Below, piece by piece: positions 12,479 to 23,780 of a stretch of 59,464 bases of DNA. The notes below the pieces were generated by a model. It saw only the letters and a program-made list of their open reading frames with translations. It made no database searches and had not been told where the DNA came from. The DNA lies in NCBI RefSeq assembly GCF_000485595.1, contig NW_014577078.1:1560419-1619882 (forward strand). Direction: 5' to 3'. The stretch comes from Priapulus caudatus (Eukaryota). Numbering within the stretch: position 1 is the stretch's first letter; the number at the start of each line of letters is the position of its first letter. Position numbers and translations under genes: made by a program.

Positions 12479-15400
12479 CAGAAGTCGACGCGTCTGCTCG
12501 GCAGCAACAAGTATCCGCAGAAGGCCTTCCTCAATAGAGAGACGGACGAGATCATTCGCGTTCCGTACGAAGCCGACGCGACGGCGGCAGCGGCAGCGGC
12601 GGCGGCGGCGGCGGTCGCGAAGGAGTCCGTCAAGGAGCTGTTCGTGAAGAAGACGGCGCTGCCACGCGAGCTCGAGCACTCGTACACGGACAGCACGAGC
12701 AGCGACAACCAGAGCCTTGAGCGCAGCTTCACGCAGAATCTCGCCAACGGCGCGATGCAGCGGTGCACCTCCCTCGCCTCGTCCGCCGCGTTCACACACT
12801 CGCCGAGCGCGTCGACTCGGAGCGACGGCGGCGGCGGCAGCGGCGCTCCCACTGGCGGCGAGAGGCCGAAGTTGCAGCCGTACACGCGGCACACGAGCAA
12901 CAGTTCAGACGCGACGCCGCCGATAAACGGAGCCGTGCCGCTTGAGTCATCAAGTAGTACTGGAGGAACGCAGGTAATGTGGTGATCATTTTTGCGAAAT
13001 GTTATATATATCTATTAGGTTGATATTAATGAGGGAAAGAGGAAAATGAAGATTGGTTTTCAAAGCTGTTTGAAGTATATTCTTGGTTCTTTGTGGCCCT
13101 CCAGCAGGGTGTTTATATGAAAGCATCTTGTGTAATGTTGTGTAGATATGACAGACTAGGTATATTTAAGTTGACCATTAGCATGTTTTGCTGTGCCCTG
13201 TAAATTTTTCTCATTCATGTTTACTGTATGCTTTTTTTTCATTGTGCAATTAACAGTGTAGTAATAATGCAGCTACATCTCCGTATATTATTTAGCTTGA
13301 AGTATGCATGGCTTTAACATATGTACTTGAAATTTCGTGCAAAATAGTGTATAATGTGTAGGTTATTAGTTCAATATTTTTTTGGTTGCCTTTTCTAGCC
13401 ATCAGAAGACTCCTGGTCAGAGGGTATAGATACGGAAAGTGACATGGAACTAAGACGGGCAACAATGTAAGATATATTTATGGTGCAGATCTGAGGCAGG
13501 TTTTCTGCCTGCTTCACACATTTTGAGCAGTAAATGTCTCCTCACAAATCTGTATCAGCCCACCTGGTCGTCAAAGTGATCAAATTATTAACTTTACGTG
13601 GAAGAACTGAAATATTAGCATTCTAAACGTTGCCACGAAAAAGTAGACAAATGGCAGAATGAATTTGCCACACAAAATTGATGCCTGCATCCATGAACTC
13701 GGAAGACGCGATGGGCATTCCATATTGATCGTAGCACGTTCACTATACTACAGGGGTTAGCTGCCTTCAGCTAAACTGAAAATTGCTTGAACTATTTCTG
13801 AATGTGTTTTAAGTCTGCTGTGTACTGTATGTACTGTTTAAAACGCATCAAAACGGCACCCTACCACACCATTCCTGACCCTTAGCTCCTAATGTGCACT
13901 CCTAATGTGGGAGAGCACTTTGTGCTTTATTTTCCTCTTGGGGTAGCATGCACTAGCCTACATAGTATGATTAAATGCACTGAGGTTGTTCAAACATATT
14001 GCTGGAGACATCAGAAAACAGCTTGGGTTTTATTAACATTGTGACTTTTTGTAATATTAATGAAGTTTTATGATTAAAGTAAAGATTAAAATTATTTTAC
14101 TACCTGGAGAAGCCACAAACCCACTAATGACCAATAATGAGAAACAATTCGTTCTTGCGCGTGGATTTTAGGACTCTGTAGTAGTGGCCTATGTTTCATG
14201 CTATTATCAGATGTATTATCCGTACTCGTAAGCTGTTTAACATATTTAAACACCATTATGCTTTCGGAATAACACTAGGCCTCTTATTTTAATATATTTG
14301 GATAATGTTGTTCTATGTGAATATGGCATCAACTGTGTTTGTCAAATTCCCTAGAAGCTAGCTAATCCAGTGAAACCACGTCCAAAATAGTACTGACCCT
14401 GGGTTCCTGCTCAAATGTTTGGTTTAGCACTTACCTCCTTCACAGTGAATATATTGAATACATCAATGAATTTGAATGTTTGGGTATCATAAAGCAAAAA
14501 CACTGTGAAATTTTACGAAAATGTCGGTAAAATCCCCCACAATGTTGAGTACACAATTTACTATTTACAACGTCACAACGCACACCGAACCATCCAACTT
14601 TTTCCCCCAAAACCCTCCCATTCTGGGGGGGGGGGGTTCGCGAGTCTTCGTCTCACGGAGGCTGACGGTGCCTGCATTTGCAGTGCGCACCACATGAGCA
14701 ATCGGATGTCCGGCTACTCGACGTTCAGCTCCGAGGGCAACGACAACAACTCCGATTACGAGGAGAACACGAGCGAGCATTCGATGCGCGACACGCCCGA
14801 CCGACTCGTCTCGTCCACCAGCGGCTCGGACCTCGCCTATCACCTGCAGGCGCAAGTGCAGCAGTCGGAGGCGGACATAAGGAAACTCAAGGCGCGATAC
14901 GAGTGCGAGGTACGCTCGACGTTGGGGGGAGGCAGAAGACACGAATGGACGGGTGGGTGCTATTGGGGGAGGCACTGAGTGGATGGTATTGGAAATGAGT
15001 AGGTGGGTGGTAGTAGAAAGAAGTGTGGCAGTCATATTAAGAGTGAGTGGGTGGGTAGAATTGTGAGGGAGTGGGTGGGTGGTATTTGGACACAATCGGT
15101 GGGTGATATTGGGAGGCAGTGTGTAGGTGATATTGGGAGGCAGAGGGTGGGTGGTATTGGAGGAAGTGGGTGGGTGGTAGCAGGTGTCTGTGACTGTAAA
15201 GTGGTTTGGGACTGTAATATGCATCTGGCGAAACCATAATCGTGTAGAATCTTTAGCACCTATATTATAATTCTTACCCCATAACAAACCTGTACCTGTG
15301 TTTAATCATGGTCACTCCTATAGTGAATCTACGACTGAAGCGATCACTTGGTCAGCTGGTTGCTTCGTGTTTGTTACAGAACTCGAATCACTCGGTTCTG

Positions 15401-15580
15401 TCGTTGTCAGAACCAGACCTCGTCGACTCCTCGGACAGCTCTTCGGACGAGCGATCGATCGACACGATCAGAACCGCGCTCGAGAAATCTCGGAGTACCG
15501 GCAGCAGAGAGAGTGCAACTAGCAGTCACAGCGTCGCAAGTGCACTCAGTATCACCAGTAACCACAGCATGAACTGGTAA
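340..15580 (+). CDS. MAP3K13: Dual leucine zipper kinase (MAP3K12/13, DLK/LZK/Wallenda-like), whole coding span; exons 340-449, 4297-4442, 5108-5291, 6209-6403, 6823-6981, 7163-7321, 7487-7595, 7739-7848, 8541-8657, 10733-10870, 11382-11556, 12044-12973, 13399-13466, 14684-14909, 15380-15580
   Basis: All introns are GT-AG and phases chain consistently; total 3027 nt = 1008 aa + stop. Motifs: [63 protein letters not shown], zipper [34 protein letters not shown]-terminal W. Confidence 0.93.
1120..1640. repeat. Duplicate of ~3129-3550 spanning a 25-N gap
   Basis: Near-identical before the gap (ggcatatatggtaacactaat...gttgatagc), indel-rich after it. Confidence 0.8.
4297..4442 (+). CDS. MAP3K13: MAP3K13-like exon 2 (palmitoylation-motif region [21 protein letters not shown])
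   Basis: Conserved DLK N-terminal motif; ttacag acceptor, gtacga donor. Confidence 0.9.
5108..5291 (+). CDS. MAP3K13: MAP3K13-like exon 3 (Gly-rich loop, VAVKK)
   Basis: [25 protein letters not shown]...[10 protein letters not shown]; cag acceptor, gtgagt donor. Confidence 0.95.
6209..6403 (+). CDS. MAP3K13: MAP3K13-like exon 4 (hinge to HRDLKSP)
   Basis: [22 protein letters not shown]...IIHRDLKSP; tttcag acceptor, gtatgt donor. Confidence 0.95.
6823..6981 (+). CDS. MAP3K13: MAP3K13-like exon 5 (DFG, activation loop, APE)
   Basis: [44 protein letters not shown]. Confidence 0.95.
7163..7321 (+). CDS. MAP3K13: MAP3K13-like exon 6
   Basis: [49 protein letters not shown]. Confidence 0.95.
7487..7595 (+). 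CDS. MAP3K13: MAP3K13-like exon 7
   Basis: [25 protein letters not shown]...YFKIQ. Confidence 0.93.
7739..7848 (+). CDS. MAP3K13: MAP3K13-like exon 8 (start of leucine-zipper region)
   Basis: [17 protein letters not shown]...[13 protein letters not shown]; ctgcag acceptor, gtaagg donor. Confidence 0.92.
8400..8488 (+). pseudogene. Tandemly duplicated partial copy of exon 9 with in-frame TGA (pseudo-exon)
   Basis: ~8323-8488 repeats as ~8487-8628. The upstream copy keeps a tttttcag acceptor (AG 8398-8399) but has CGA>TGA at 8443-8445 and no donor of its own. Confidence 0.85.
8541..8657 (+). CDS. MAP3K13: MAP3K13-like exon 9 (leucine zipper)
   Basis: [38 protein letters not shown]. Confidence 0.93.
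9397..10100. mobile_element. Second, diverged member of the same TTAA-AGG MITE family (right end uncertain)
   Basis: Starts TTAA-AGGGAT; shares ttacgctacataaaaa, cggtggcgccact and ggctacagac.gagggtgtttcttattta with 16800-17110. Confidence 0.6.
10733..10870 (+). CDS. MAP3K13: MAP3K13-like exon 10
   Basis: [25 protein letters not shown]...; ttgtag acceptor, gtaagc donor, phase 2/2. Confidence 0.85.
11382..11556 (+). CDS. MAP3K13: MAP3K13-like exon 11
   Basis: [12 protein letters not shown]...[14 protein letters not shown]...DSLQ; ttccag acceptor, gtatgg donor. Confidence 0.85.
12044..12973 (+). CDS. MAP3K13: MAP3K13-like exon 12 (large GC-rich low-complexity exon; acceptor could alternatively be 12056)
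   Basis: Open frame with strong G/C third-position bias, poly-Gly and poly-Ala tracts, phase 0/0, donor gtaatg at 12974. Confidence 0.82.
13399..13466 (+). CDS. MAP3K13: MAP3K13-like exon 13
   Basis: [22 protein letters not shown] (acidic, like the DLK/LZK SEEEEGEVDSE segment); ttctag acceptor, gtaaga donor. Confidence 0.8.
14684..14909 (+). CDS. MAP3K13: MAP3K13-like exon 14
   Basis: [25 protein letters not shown] resembles the LZK YSTFSSEN...EGNTSD motif. Confidence 0.88.
14945..15190. repeat. Degenerate G-rich minisatellite (gtgggtggtattggga core) in the last MAP3K intron
   Basis: Repeated gtgggtg..attgg units. Confidence 0.7.
15380..15580 (+). CDS. MAP3K13: MAP3K13-like terminal coding exon
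   Basis: ttacag acceptor, phase 0, Ser-rich, ends ...HSMNW-TAA. Confidence 0.82.
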   Translation, partial: NSNHSVLSLSEPDLVDSSDSSSDERSIDTIRTALEKSRSTGSRESATSSHSVASALSITSNHSMNW

Positions 15581-16203
15581 ACACTTCACCGATATCCACC
15601 GTGTCACCTGGTGCACATGTCACTAATGTGCACAGTCCACAGTGGCAACTGGTGAAGGTGTCACCCGTATGCAAAGGGTCAACTGGTGGAGGTGTCACCA
15701 GTATGCACAGTGTCAACTGGTGGAGGTGTCACCAGTATGCACAGTGTCAACTGGTGGAGGTGTCACCAGTATGCACAGTGTCAACTGGTAGAGGTGACAC
15801 CAGTATGCACAGTGGCAACTGGTGGCGGTGTCACCAGTATGCACAGTGTCAACTGGTGGAGGTGTCACCAGTATGCACAGCGTCAACTGGTGGAGGTGTC
15901 ACCAGTATGCACATTGTCAACTGGTTAAGATGTCACCAGTATGCACAGCGTCAACTGGTTAAGATGGCACCAGCATGCACAGCGTCAACTGGTGGAGGTG
16001 TCACCAATATACACAGCATCAACTGGTGGAGGTGTCACTAATATACACAGCATCAACTGGTGGAGGTGTCAACAATATACACATCATCAACTGGTGGAGG
16101 TGTCACCAGAATGCACAGTGTCAACTGGTGGAGGTGTCACCAGTATGCACAGTGTCAACTGGTGGAGGTGTCACCAGTATGCACAGTGTCAACTGGTGGA
16201 GGG
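15549..16203 (+). repeat. 34-bp minisatellite starting at the MAP3K stop-codon region and running into the 3' UTR
   Basis: Unit ggtggaggtgtcaccagtatgcacagtgtcaact, roughly 16 good copies; explains the frame-rotating ORFs at 15601-16438. Confidence 0.93.
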
Positions 16204-16799
16204 GTTTCGTGTAGGCAAGAGTATGCACCAGGTGCTAGAGGACTCGTATAGTATGGCACCCAGTAGCTGCTCTCTGGCAGCTAGTAGCCCCCCCCCCACC
16301 CAGCGATTCACTAGCAGCAATTCTGTCATGCTAAGCAGGCTTCATTTGCGTGCCGAGCAAAAGCATTGGTGCACACCAGATATGAAGGGTCGTGACGTGT
16401 CACTACAACAAAGACTGTTGGTGTACACATCATCCTAGCTGGCCTTCAAGGGCACATGACAGTGACCAGGTCAATATTACATAGCACCATGGAGTGAAGA
16501 AAAAAACGAAATCATTGATCATGTTGCGTGAATGTTGAGAGTAAATACAGTAGCGTTACTACATTATATCAAATGTATATTTCGGTACACATAAATAGCA
16601 CTATCCAGTTATCAGTAGTGGATTAACAGTCTGGTGCAAGACTGGCGGTGATAGAATTCTTTCTAGCCAGATATCTATGTTTTATGTCTATCGCAGTAAG
16701 ACACAGTCATTTCGCGGGGAAAGTTTGCCGATGTGTGGGGTTTAAATGAGGATTGATACCAAGAAAGATTGTGTGATATTTGAGGCAACCTCTGAATGA

Positions 16800-17425
16800 T
16801 TAAATGGATACATGGCCCCTAGGTTCCTTGCATATTTTCAGTTAAAATAGGTTAAATTACGCTACATAAAAAATGTCATTGTTCAATATTAATTTGAAAT
16901 ATTTTTTTTTACGTTTTAAAACTAATGGCTGTATCATTGCTTACAACGGCGGTGGCGCCACTACTAGCCAGCCAATCAACTTTCAAAGTTGCGCATCACA
17001 ACTTTTTGACTGGAGGCTACAGACTGAGGGTGTTTCTTATTTATAAATTTAAGATGAGAAGGATTGCAATATCTTATAAACAACTTTTAGATTCCGTGTT
17101 ATAATCTGGACGAATTTGTCTTAAAATAAAAATCGTTCAGTTAAATTGCAGTTATATATATATTATATGTAAATATAATTGCACTTTTGTGATTAGCCCT
17201 CGGTCCGTAACATGCAAAATAAATCGGCAAAAGCGCAACTTCATCAGGGTGGCAGCACAATCGCAGGGGTGTCATGTCAACGGCCAATAATAAAGATTTC
17301 GAAACTCACTGTTGTTTTATGACAAATGTGAGTGCGTGATTATAGAAATTTGTAGATATATACTATTATTTATGCATTTACTATCATAATATACCTTAAA
17401 ATTCTAGGGTGTAGTATCCCTTTAA
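16800..17425. mobile_element. Non-autonomous TIR element with TTAA flanks (Kolobok/T2-MITE-like)
   Basis: TTAA-ATGGATACATGGCCCCTAG ... CTAGGGTGTAGTATCCCT-TTAA; first ~300 bp homologous to 9397-9700. Confidence 0.7.
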
Positions 17426-19131
17426 GTGTTTGCTGTGACCAGAATTCTATGTCGAAATCTTACGGACTGAAAAAAAATAATGGTGAAACAGTGTGTTCAT
17501 TATTGATGAATATGCTACTTGCACAGTACATAGAGGAGAATTCCTTTTCCCATACTGATCAGCTGCTGAAATACCCCGTGTGATCTCTACAAAAACGAAA
17601 TCAGTTTGTGCTTGCCTCAATTGCAAAGAGGTGGAGAGAGAGCAACGGTGAGACCTAGAGTGAGCGTACAACAGTCTGTTCACTATCTGGATAGTTTTCT
17701 GCGTAGCCCACGGTTACGTGGATAATAACGCAGGGATAGCTATAGGGAATGCTATAGTTAGCCATGGGGTGTGACCTAGCTTGGGTAAAGCCAGGTAGTT
17801 AGCCTTTAGCCAAATTGCACTGAGGGTGGTCACAGCCAGAGTTTTTTTGCTCCCTCAGTGGTTCTTTTACGTCCCACTATAAAGCAGTGCATGGTCGTTA
17901 GGCAAACCTCAGGAAATCAGTATATGCAGCACCTCGTTATTGGCTATTCGTGTTTACGAGGTGTTCCATTCTAAAGCATCCAAAGGCGTGGATTACATTG
18001 TTTTACTCAAGTGACATTCTAGTTAGGTGTGCGTTATTGCACGCGGTGCGGTATGTTGTTATGGTATTCATTTTGCGTGTATGCTCTCAACGGTCTCGAG
18101 AACAAGGTACAATACATATTTATGTACCCTTATCTTGGTGTCAATCGCAATTGCCATCAGTATAACCTTCATGACATTCGGATAGCATGAGGTAATAAGT
18201 GACGCTCTCTTGAGTGGAAGATATGGTAGGCACGTATTACCTTCATCTGATGGAGTCTTGCATGACAAACAATATGCCCAAACTTTAAAAGATATGTCGT
18301 CTGGCTACATAGTGCTAACGTGTAAACACGGCATAGCAGGAGGCATTACTGCACTCTCATACGACACGTGTTATCCCCAACGATTATTAGCTGTTCAGAT
18401 ATCTAAGTGTATGGTCTAAATCCCAAGGTAGTCAGTATGTGTAGCACAAGTATCCCCTGTGTTTAGTCGGCTTACTCTACTAACAATGCCAAAGTTGGTT
18501 TATTGGTGGATAAGATATGGCATTTGATTAAGTCTTCTTTAATGTACAAATGCCAAGTAGCTTATCAGAAGAACAAATATTTGAAATCGTATTTTCAAAA
18601 TAAAAACTATAAAACAGGTATTATAAAACCCCCACCTAACTAAACAATGTAAAATGAAACGGCTTTGTTGTGCCGCACAGCGCACCGTAATACTGAGCCC
18701 CGGGCGCATGCGCTGTTCTTTTCCGGCGTGTAGCAGAGATTGCTTGCTAAGCATCCCTAAACGTTCATTGATCATGATGAAAACCTATAAGGAAGTTTTA
18801 CCACACACGGTAAAATAGTTTAGGAATGAATGTTTTTCTCGTTTTAATGGTGCACACACTGATATGGATATAACAAAGTAGGTTTATATGTACACGCGCA
18901 CAGACGCTCACGCACAACTGCTATATCTATAGGAATGTGTGTACCGGACAAAAGGAGAAAAACATTAGTTCTTACCATGCTCACGATGTACTGCCATTAA
19001 ATGAATCGGTGGGGTACGTGATCACGTGTCTAGATGAGATGTCTTTACATTTATGTCTTATCAAAGCCATATTGTAGGCAAGTAGCAGTGGGAGCAGTAT
19101 AAAGGTTCAAAGAGTCCCCAGTAGGTAGTAT

Positions 19132-19159
19132 CATAGACTAACGATATTTTTAATCTATG
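19132..19159. mobile_element. 28-bp fold-back (CATAGA...TCTATG) with near-perfect 7-bp direct flanks
   Basis: Arms match 9/10; flanks gtagtat / gtagtag. Confidence 0.5.
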
Positions 19160-19170
19160 GTAGTAGTTAT

Positions 19171-19211
19171 CAGGAGTGAATATAAACATATTCTGTTTTT
19201 ATTCACTGCTG
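19171..19211. mobile_element. 41-bp fold-back, 18-nt arms, perfect 7-bp TSD (candidate P-superfamily excision footprint)
   Basis: caggagtgaatataaaca...tgtttttattcactgctg (16/18); tagttat on both sides. Confidence 0.7.
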
Positions 19212-20119
19212 TAGTTATCCATTGCAAACAGCAGGTGTTAAATTGTGGTAAATATCCGAACGGAAATCACAGACAGGTTGTACTATTTTCTTTCATCTAA
19301 AAATCGATTAGTGGTTAGTATCGATGACTTTGTAACTTCTAGTCATCGTTTTGTGTTTGATGAAGAGAGAAGGTTTTTAACATAACTAGCACGAACGTGT
19401 GAATATTACGATGGCTGGCAGGCTTCGATTTTAACGAGCATAGAGTAGGTAGTGCTAGTGCTTGTTTACGATTGATTGTAGACGTGCCACTATTATATAA
19501 CTTTAAATACGTAAGGAATATAAGTTACAGGCTGTAGATTGTGTAAATATGTAAAATTCTTGCTCAATATTTGTATGAATGTAGTATGTTTAAAGTAGTC
19601 ACCGATATTGGCCTTTTGCCTTCCAGTAGTAGAAAATTGAGGAGGTCGAAGAAGCAAGGTCACCTTGTCGGGGGAGGCAGGATATAAAACGGATTTTAAA
19701 GAATTTGTTTCATGTATTTATGTGAAGTGGTGGTGAAAGTAAACTGGACCTCTGTTGACATGTAGTTGACCGCCTGTTTTCTCCTCCACTCACTTCACTC
19801 ATTATCAAGCTTTGTATATCTGCTATATGTCCCTCTAATTTTCTTGTGAATCCCGTATTCCGCAAGTACACTTGTCTTAGACAGAGTCACCAATTTAATT
19901 CATCGAAACATTCCAGTAAACTTCGAGTGAGTAGTTAGTTATTAGTTGCTCATCGTATTTTAGGTAAATCCAGCAGAAATTCGAATAACAGCAACAAATC
20001 TACTTGGAATTTGTGTTTGCCAGAAGCTCGCACGTTCTGTAGGTCGCGTTTTGGTGCAGTTTACGCCGTATTTAGCTTTTGCCGGCTATAGTTGCCGTTG
20101 AGGCGTCTACGAGTAACAT

Positions 20120-20159
20120 CAGGTGTGAATAATAATAGATATATTATTATTGACTCCTG
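20120..20159. mobile_element. 40-bp fold-back, 17-nt arms, 7-bp TSD with one mismatch
   Basis: caggtgtgaataataat...attattattgactcctg (15/17); flanks gtaacat / ataacat. Confidence 0.65.
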
Positions 20160-22909
20160 ATAACATCATAAACGTCTGCCTTTAGCAATATACTGGCGTG
20201 GCAATAACAATTCATTCCGATACATGTGGGTAGGGATGAAAAATATATTTATTATTTTTTATAGCCTGATATACGTGTGAATGACTTCTAGTCTTTACCC
20301 CCTTGTTGCAGTCAGTCATGTCAGGTTTTAGTGGTTGCTATCACATCGAAGACTGTTAGTTGACTACAGTAACTCTGGATTACGCAGGGTAATTATCTTG
20401 CCAGGGAAGGCGCAGGCTCGTCTTGGTTGATTGTATATGAGAAAGGTTTGCGGATACGAGGACTGCAATTTATTTTTTAAACTTGGATCTATCATTTATT
20501 CAATCGTCAATATTATTATAGTTAATATTATTTTTATTTTTATTATCTTGGCAGCGATAGGAGAGCTGCTACCGAATCTAATTTTTCACGCCTAGTATTT
20601 TTTCTAGACACGTATAGATAGTACGTGCGCCGCATTAAGGCACTTGTTTCCAACACTTACTAGGTGCATATAGTACCTCATTGCTGCATGACTGTTTACG
20701 ATTGTTGTAGTAACAGCGTTACTCATTATTTACGTTAGTCGTTTTGTATTATATCGCTAGGATCGATGCTTGTTTAAAACTATAAAGTATACTATCTGGT
20801 AATACGTAAATATCATTGTTTGCTGGATTTCTGTGTGGCTGCATTTTTCCGTCGATTACGTATAACAAAGGTTCAACTGACTTTAAATATGGAATGTGAG
20901 TGTAAATTTTAAAACACAGAAGGGAAATCGGTTAAAAATTTGGCGAGGTGCGAAACAACAGATTTATAATCCCACAGCAGACGCTCAGCAAACGCCTCGC
21001 GCATCCGCTGATGTAATTATCAGTTGCTATATATACTTTACTCCTTTTTAATTTAATTGCTCAGTCACGTGTGTTAGTGATTAAATATGATTCGTGCATT
21101 TATGGGAAACGTTCACCTCTAAATAAATTATTCACTCTATTAGTATTTGTTCTTTGTTCATATTACGCCGCCAATAATGTATTTATTGCAGAAAATTTGT
21201 GTCTATGCTTTCTACATATGTGTCAGTAAATCTAACGCGACATTCCATTCGTTTATATATCAAGTCGAAATATTTAACATCGATAGCTAGTAGTGTTTCG
21301 TTGTTATATCCCAAAAAATACTAATATTAAACCTCCTAAATTGAGGGATATATAAACTTTGCAAAGTGACATAATAGTACCCAAATCTCACACTTATAGG
21401 CCTAATTGGGATTTATTCGCATGTGTGTTTAAAATCGACGGTTTTTGTAATAAGGAAAAGCTGGCAACATGGAAATAGTTTGAAAGTAGTGCTGATAATT
21501 TATTAAAAATGTGTTTCTGTCATTATAAGCTCAAAAGACATATAGGTAAGAAATAGTATGACAATTAAAATTACATAGCTTATATAAGCTTAGCTCTTTT
21601 ACACGACATCACAGGGTATTTACAATCGTAATGTAACATAGCAATATTAAAATGTAAATTTTATCAAAAATACAAAAAAGAAACTAAAATAATTGTGACA
21701 CGATGCAGTAATAGTTGACAAATGTAGTATTAACCGTAAAAGTGTAACACGTAAGACGTTTTTACTCTGAGGCAGTTGTATTAGCAGGTCTCTACTCTGG
21801 CTTTCTGCTATTATAAGCATAAAAATATTTACCTATAGTTTTTTATATTTATGATCACGAGCCCATAAATTTCACAAGCTCATCACATAATGAATTAATC
21901 ATGCCTGCATGCTATTTTCATAGGAACATGTAAACACCAGTAGGAAGAATAGTAATGTAACTATTTAAAATCGACAATTAAAATAGTGGTACAGTAGTAC
22001 GTAAGGCAAATTAGAGGGTAACGAGACGAGCAACTGTGATAGCGAACCATGCGTTTATATTATACAAAATCACACGCCATGTTGTTATAGCTATGTTTCA
22101 TAATCGCTATTAATCTCTCCGGTAATCAATCAACCATGAATAAGTTACAGCAGTTCTGCCTTATACAATGATTGATTAATCGTACTTCAGAGATCGTATA
22201 AACCATGGCAGGTTCCATCGTGCCATGCGGACGTGCACGCATACCACAAGTAAAGTTATTTCATATATATATAAAAATTGAAATAACCTTACTATGTTAT
22301 TCATACCAAGTATATATATATACCTAGCCATGCCTCTACCTTAGCCTCAAATGTTTTCCATACCTTTGTAGCCTTTGAAGTATACGTAATAGTATATGAC
22401 TTTCGCTAAATTAGGGTAGTCCGTAAAATTATTACGCATACAAATGTGCTCGGAATGTCAATTGGTGCGGTTGGTTTCGTGTTAGCGATTTTGCATTACA
22501 AACAGAGTGTATTCGCGCTAACTGAAAAGCGTGTGTTTGAACTGTTAGCTGGCTGTTCCCATGAACGGCCAACTCTGTCGCCTCGTGATTATAATGTTCA
22601 GTGTATGCTGCGTCATTCCCTCACCTGATGGACTGCCCTACCCGTTAGCTCTTCTCGTCTAGTCACCGCCTTCCCTAGATTACCTGGTCTGCATAATGAA
22701 TGATATAATCGCCTTCTCGCCATTACAGACAGCCATAAACAACACCCGTTTACAGACCAATCACCATGTCACTCTTATTTTCTAACTTTCTACGCGATCA
22801 ATCAGTTTACAGCCTATTTATTTTCCACTATTCTCCAGACAACCCACGTTCCCACCTCTCAGCTGCGAACAGTTTCCTGAACATTTACCAATTATCCCCA
22901 CCACGCCTT

Positions 22910-23430
22910 ACAGGCCACAGAAATCCAGTTCTCTTACCATCAGGCCTCGAATGTTTCTCCTCCTTACAGATCACCCATATGTCCACTTCAGACCACCCAC
23001 ATTTCCCTACAGACCCCCCCCCCCATCAGACCACCCACATCCCCCCTACAGATCACCGACGTCCCCCTTTATAGACACCCACATCCCTCTACAGACCACC
23101 AACACACCCCTTACAGACCACCCCATCCCCCTCTCAGACCACGCATATCTCCTTACCGACCACCCTCATTCGCCCTTACAGACTAATCACATCCCCTTAC
23201 AGACCACCGACAGTCCCCTCTCTTGGAGACCACCAAGGTTCTCTCTCTGCAGATTACAGACCACCATTGCTTCCCCTCACAGACCACCCATGCCTCCCCT
23301 AACAGACCACCAATACCTCCCCTAACAGACCACCAATACCTCCCCTAACAGACCACCAATACCTCGATTTCCTCGCAGACCACCGACGCTTCAGCACCTT
23401 ACATATCGCCAATGTTCTACCACCTTACAA
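22910..23430. repeat. Degenerate C-rich ~24-bp minisatellite (ccccttacagaccacc core)
   Basis: Recurrent cagaccacc...cccctta units. Confidence 0.8.
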
Positions 23431-23780
23431 ACCACTCCTCTTGGGTGAATCATGCGACGTTCGCAACCGGGTTCCTCTCATTAAGGCTGCTAGTTGTGCG
23501 TGCTGGAGTAAAGCCACCTTGCTGTTTCTCACACGGACGCGTTCACTGCGATGACTATGATCCTACGTAGAGGGTTTCAGAAAAAAAAACATATTGGCTC
23601 GTACATTTTACGTAGAAACCCATTGCAGCTGCATATAGATTATTTCGTATATTACGAAATTCATATTACGTCGTATATTGCGTAGATGCCCAGACACATC
23701 CAGATTCAAGACAGGTGAACACTAAAATCGAGGGTATCATAATTACGTTGATGCATTGCTGCCGATAGATCCGCTGTGCA

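Noticed and set aside
11945..12989. Long antisense and alternative-frame ORFs (315 aa, 311 aa and others) over MAP3K exon 12
   Set aside because: Expected by-product of very high GC and triplet repeats depleting stop codons; no recognisable domains.
15601..16438. Repetitive ORFs (MHSVNWWRCHQYAQCQLVEVSPV...) and CRISPR-like periodicity
   Set aside because: Head-to-tail 34-bp units without unique spacers in a eukaryotic UTR; the same peptide rotates through all frames.
17731..17766. Further degenerate CA...TG palindromes (also 58971-58999)
   Set aside because: Imperfect arms and no flanking direct repeat; cannot be assigned to the footprint family.
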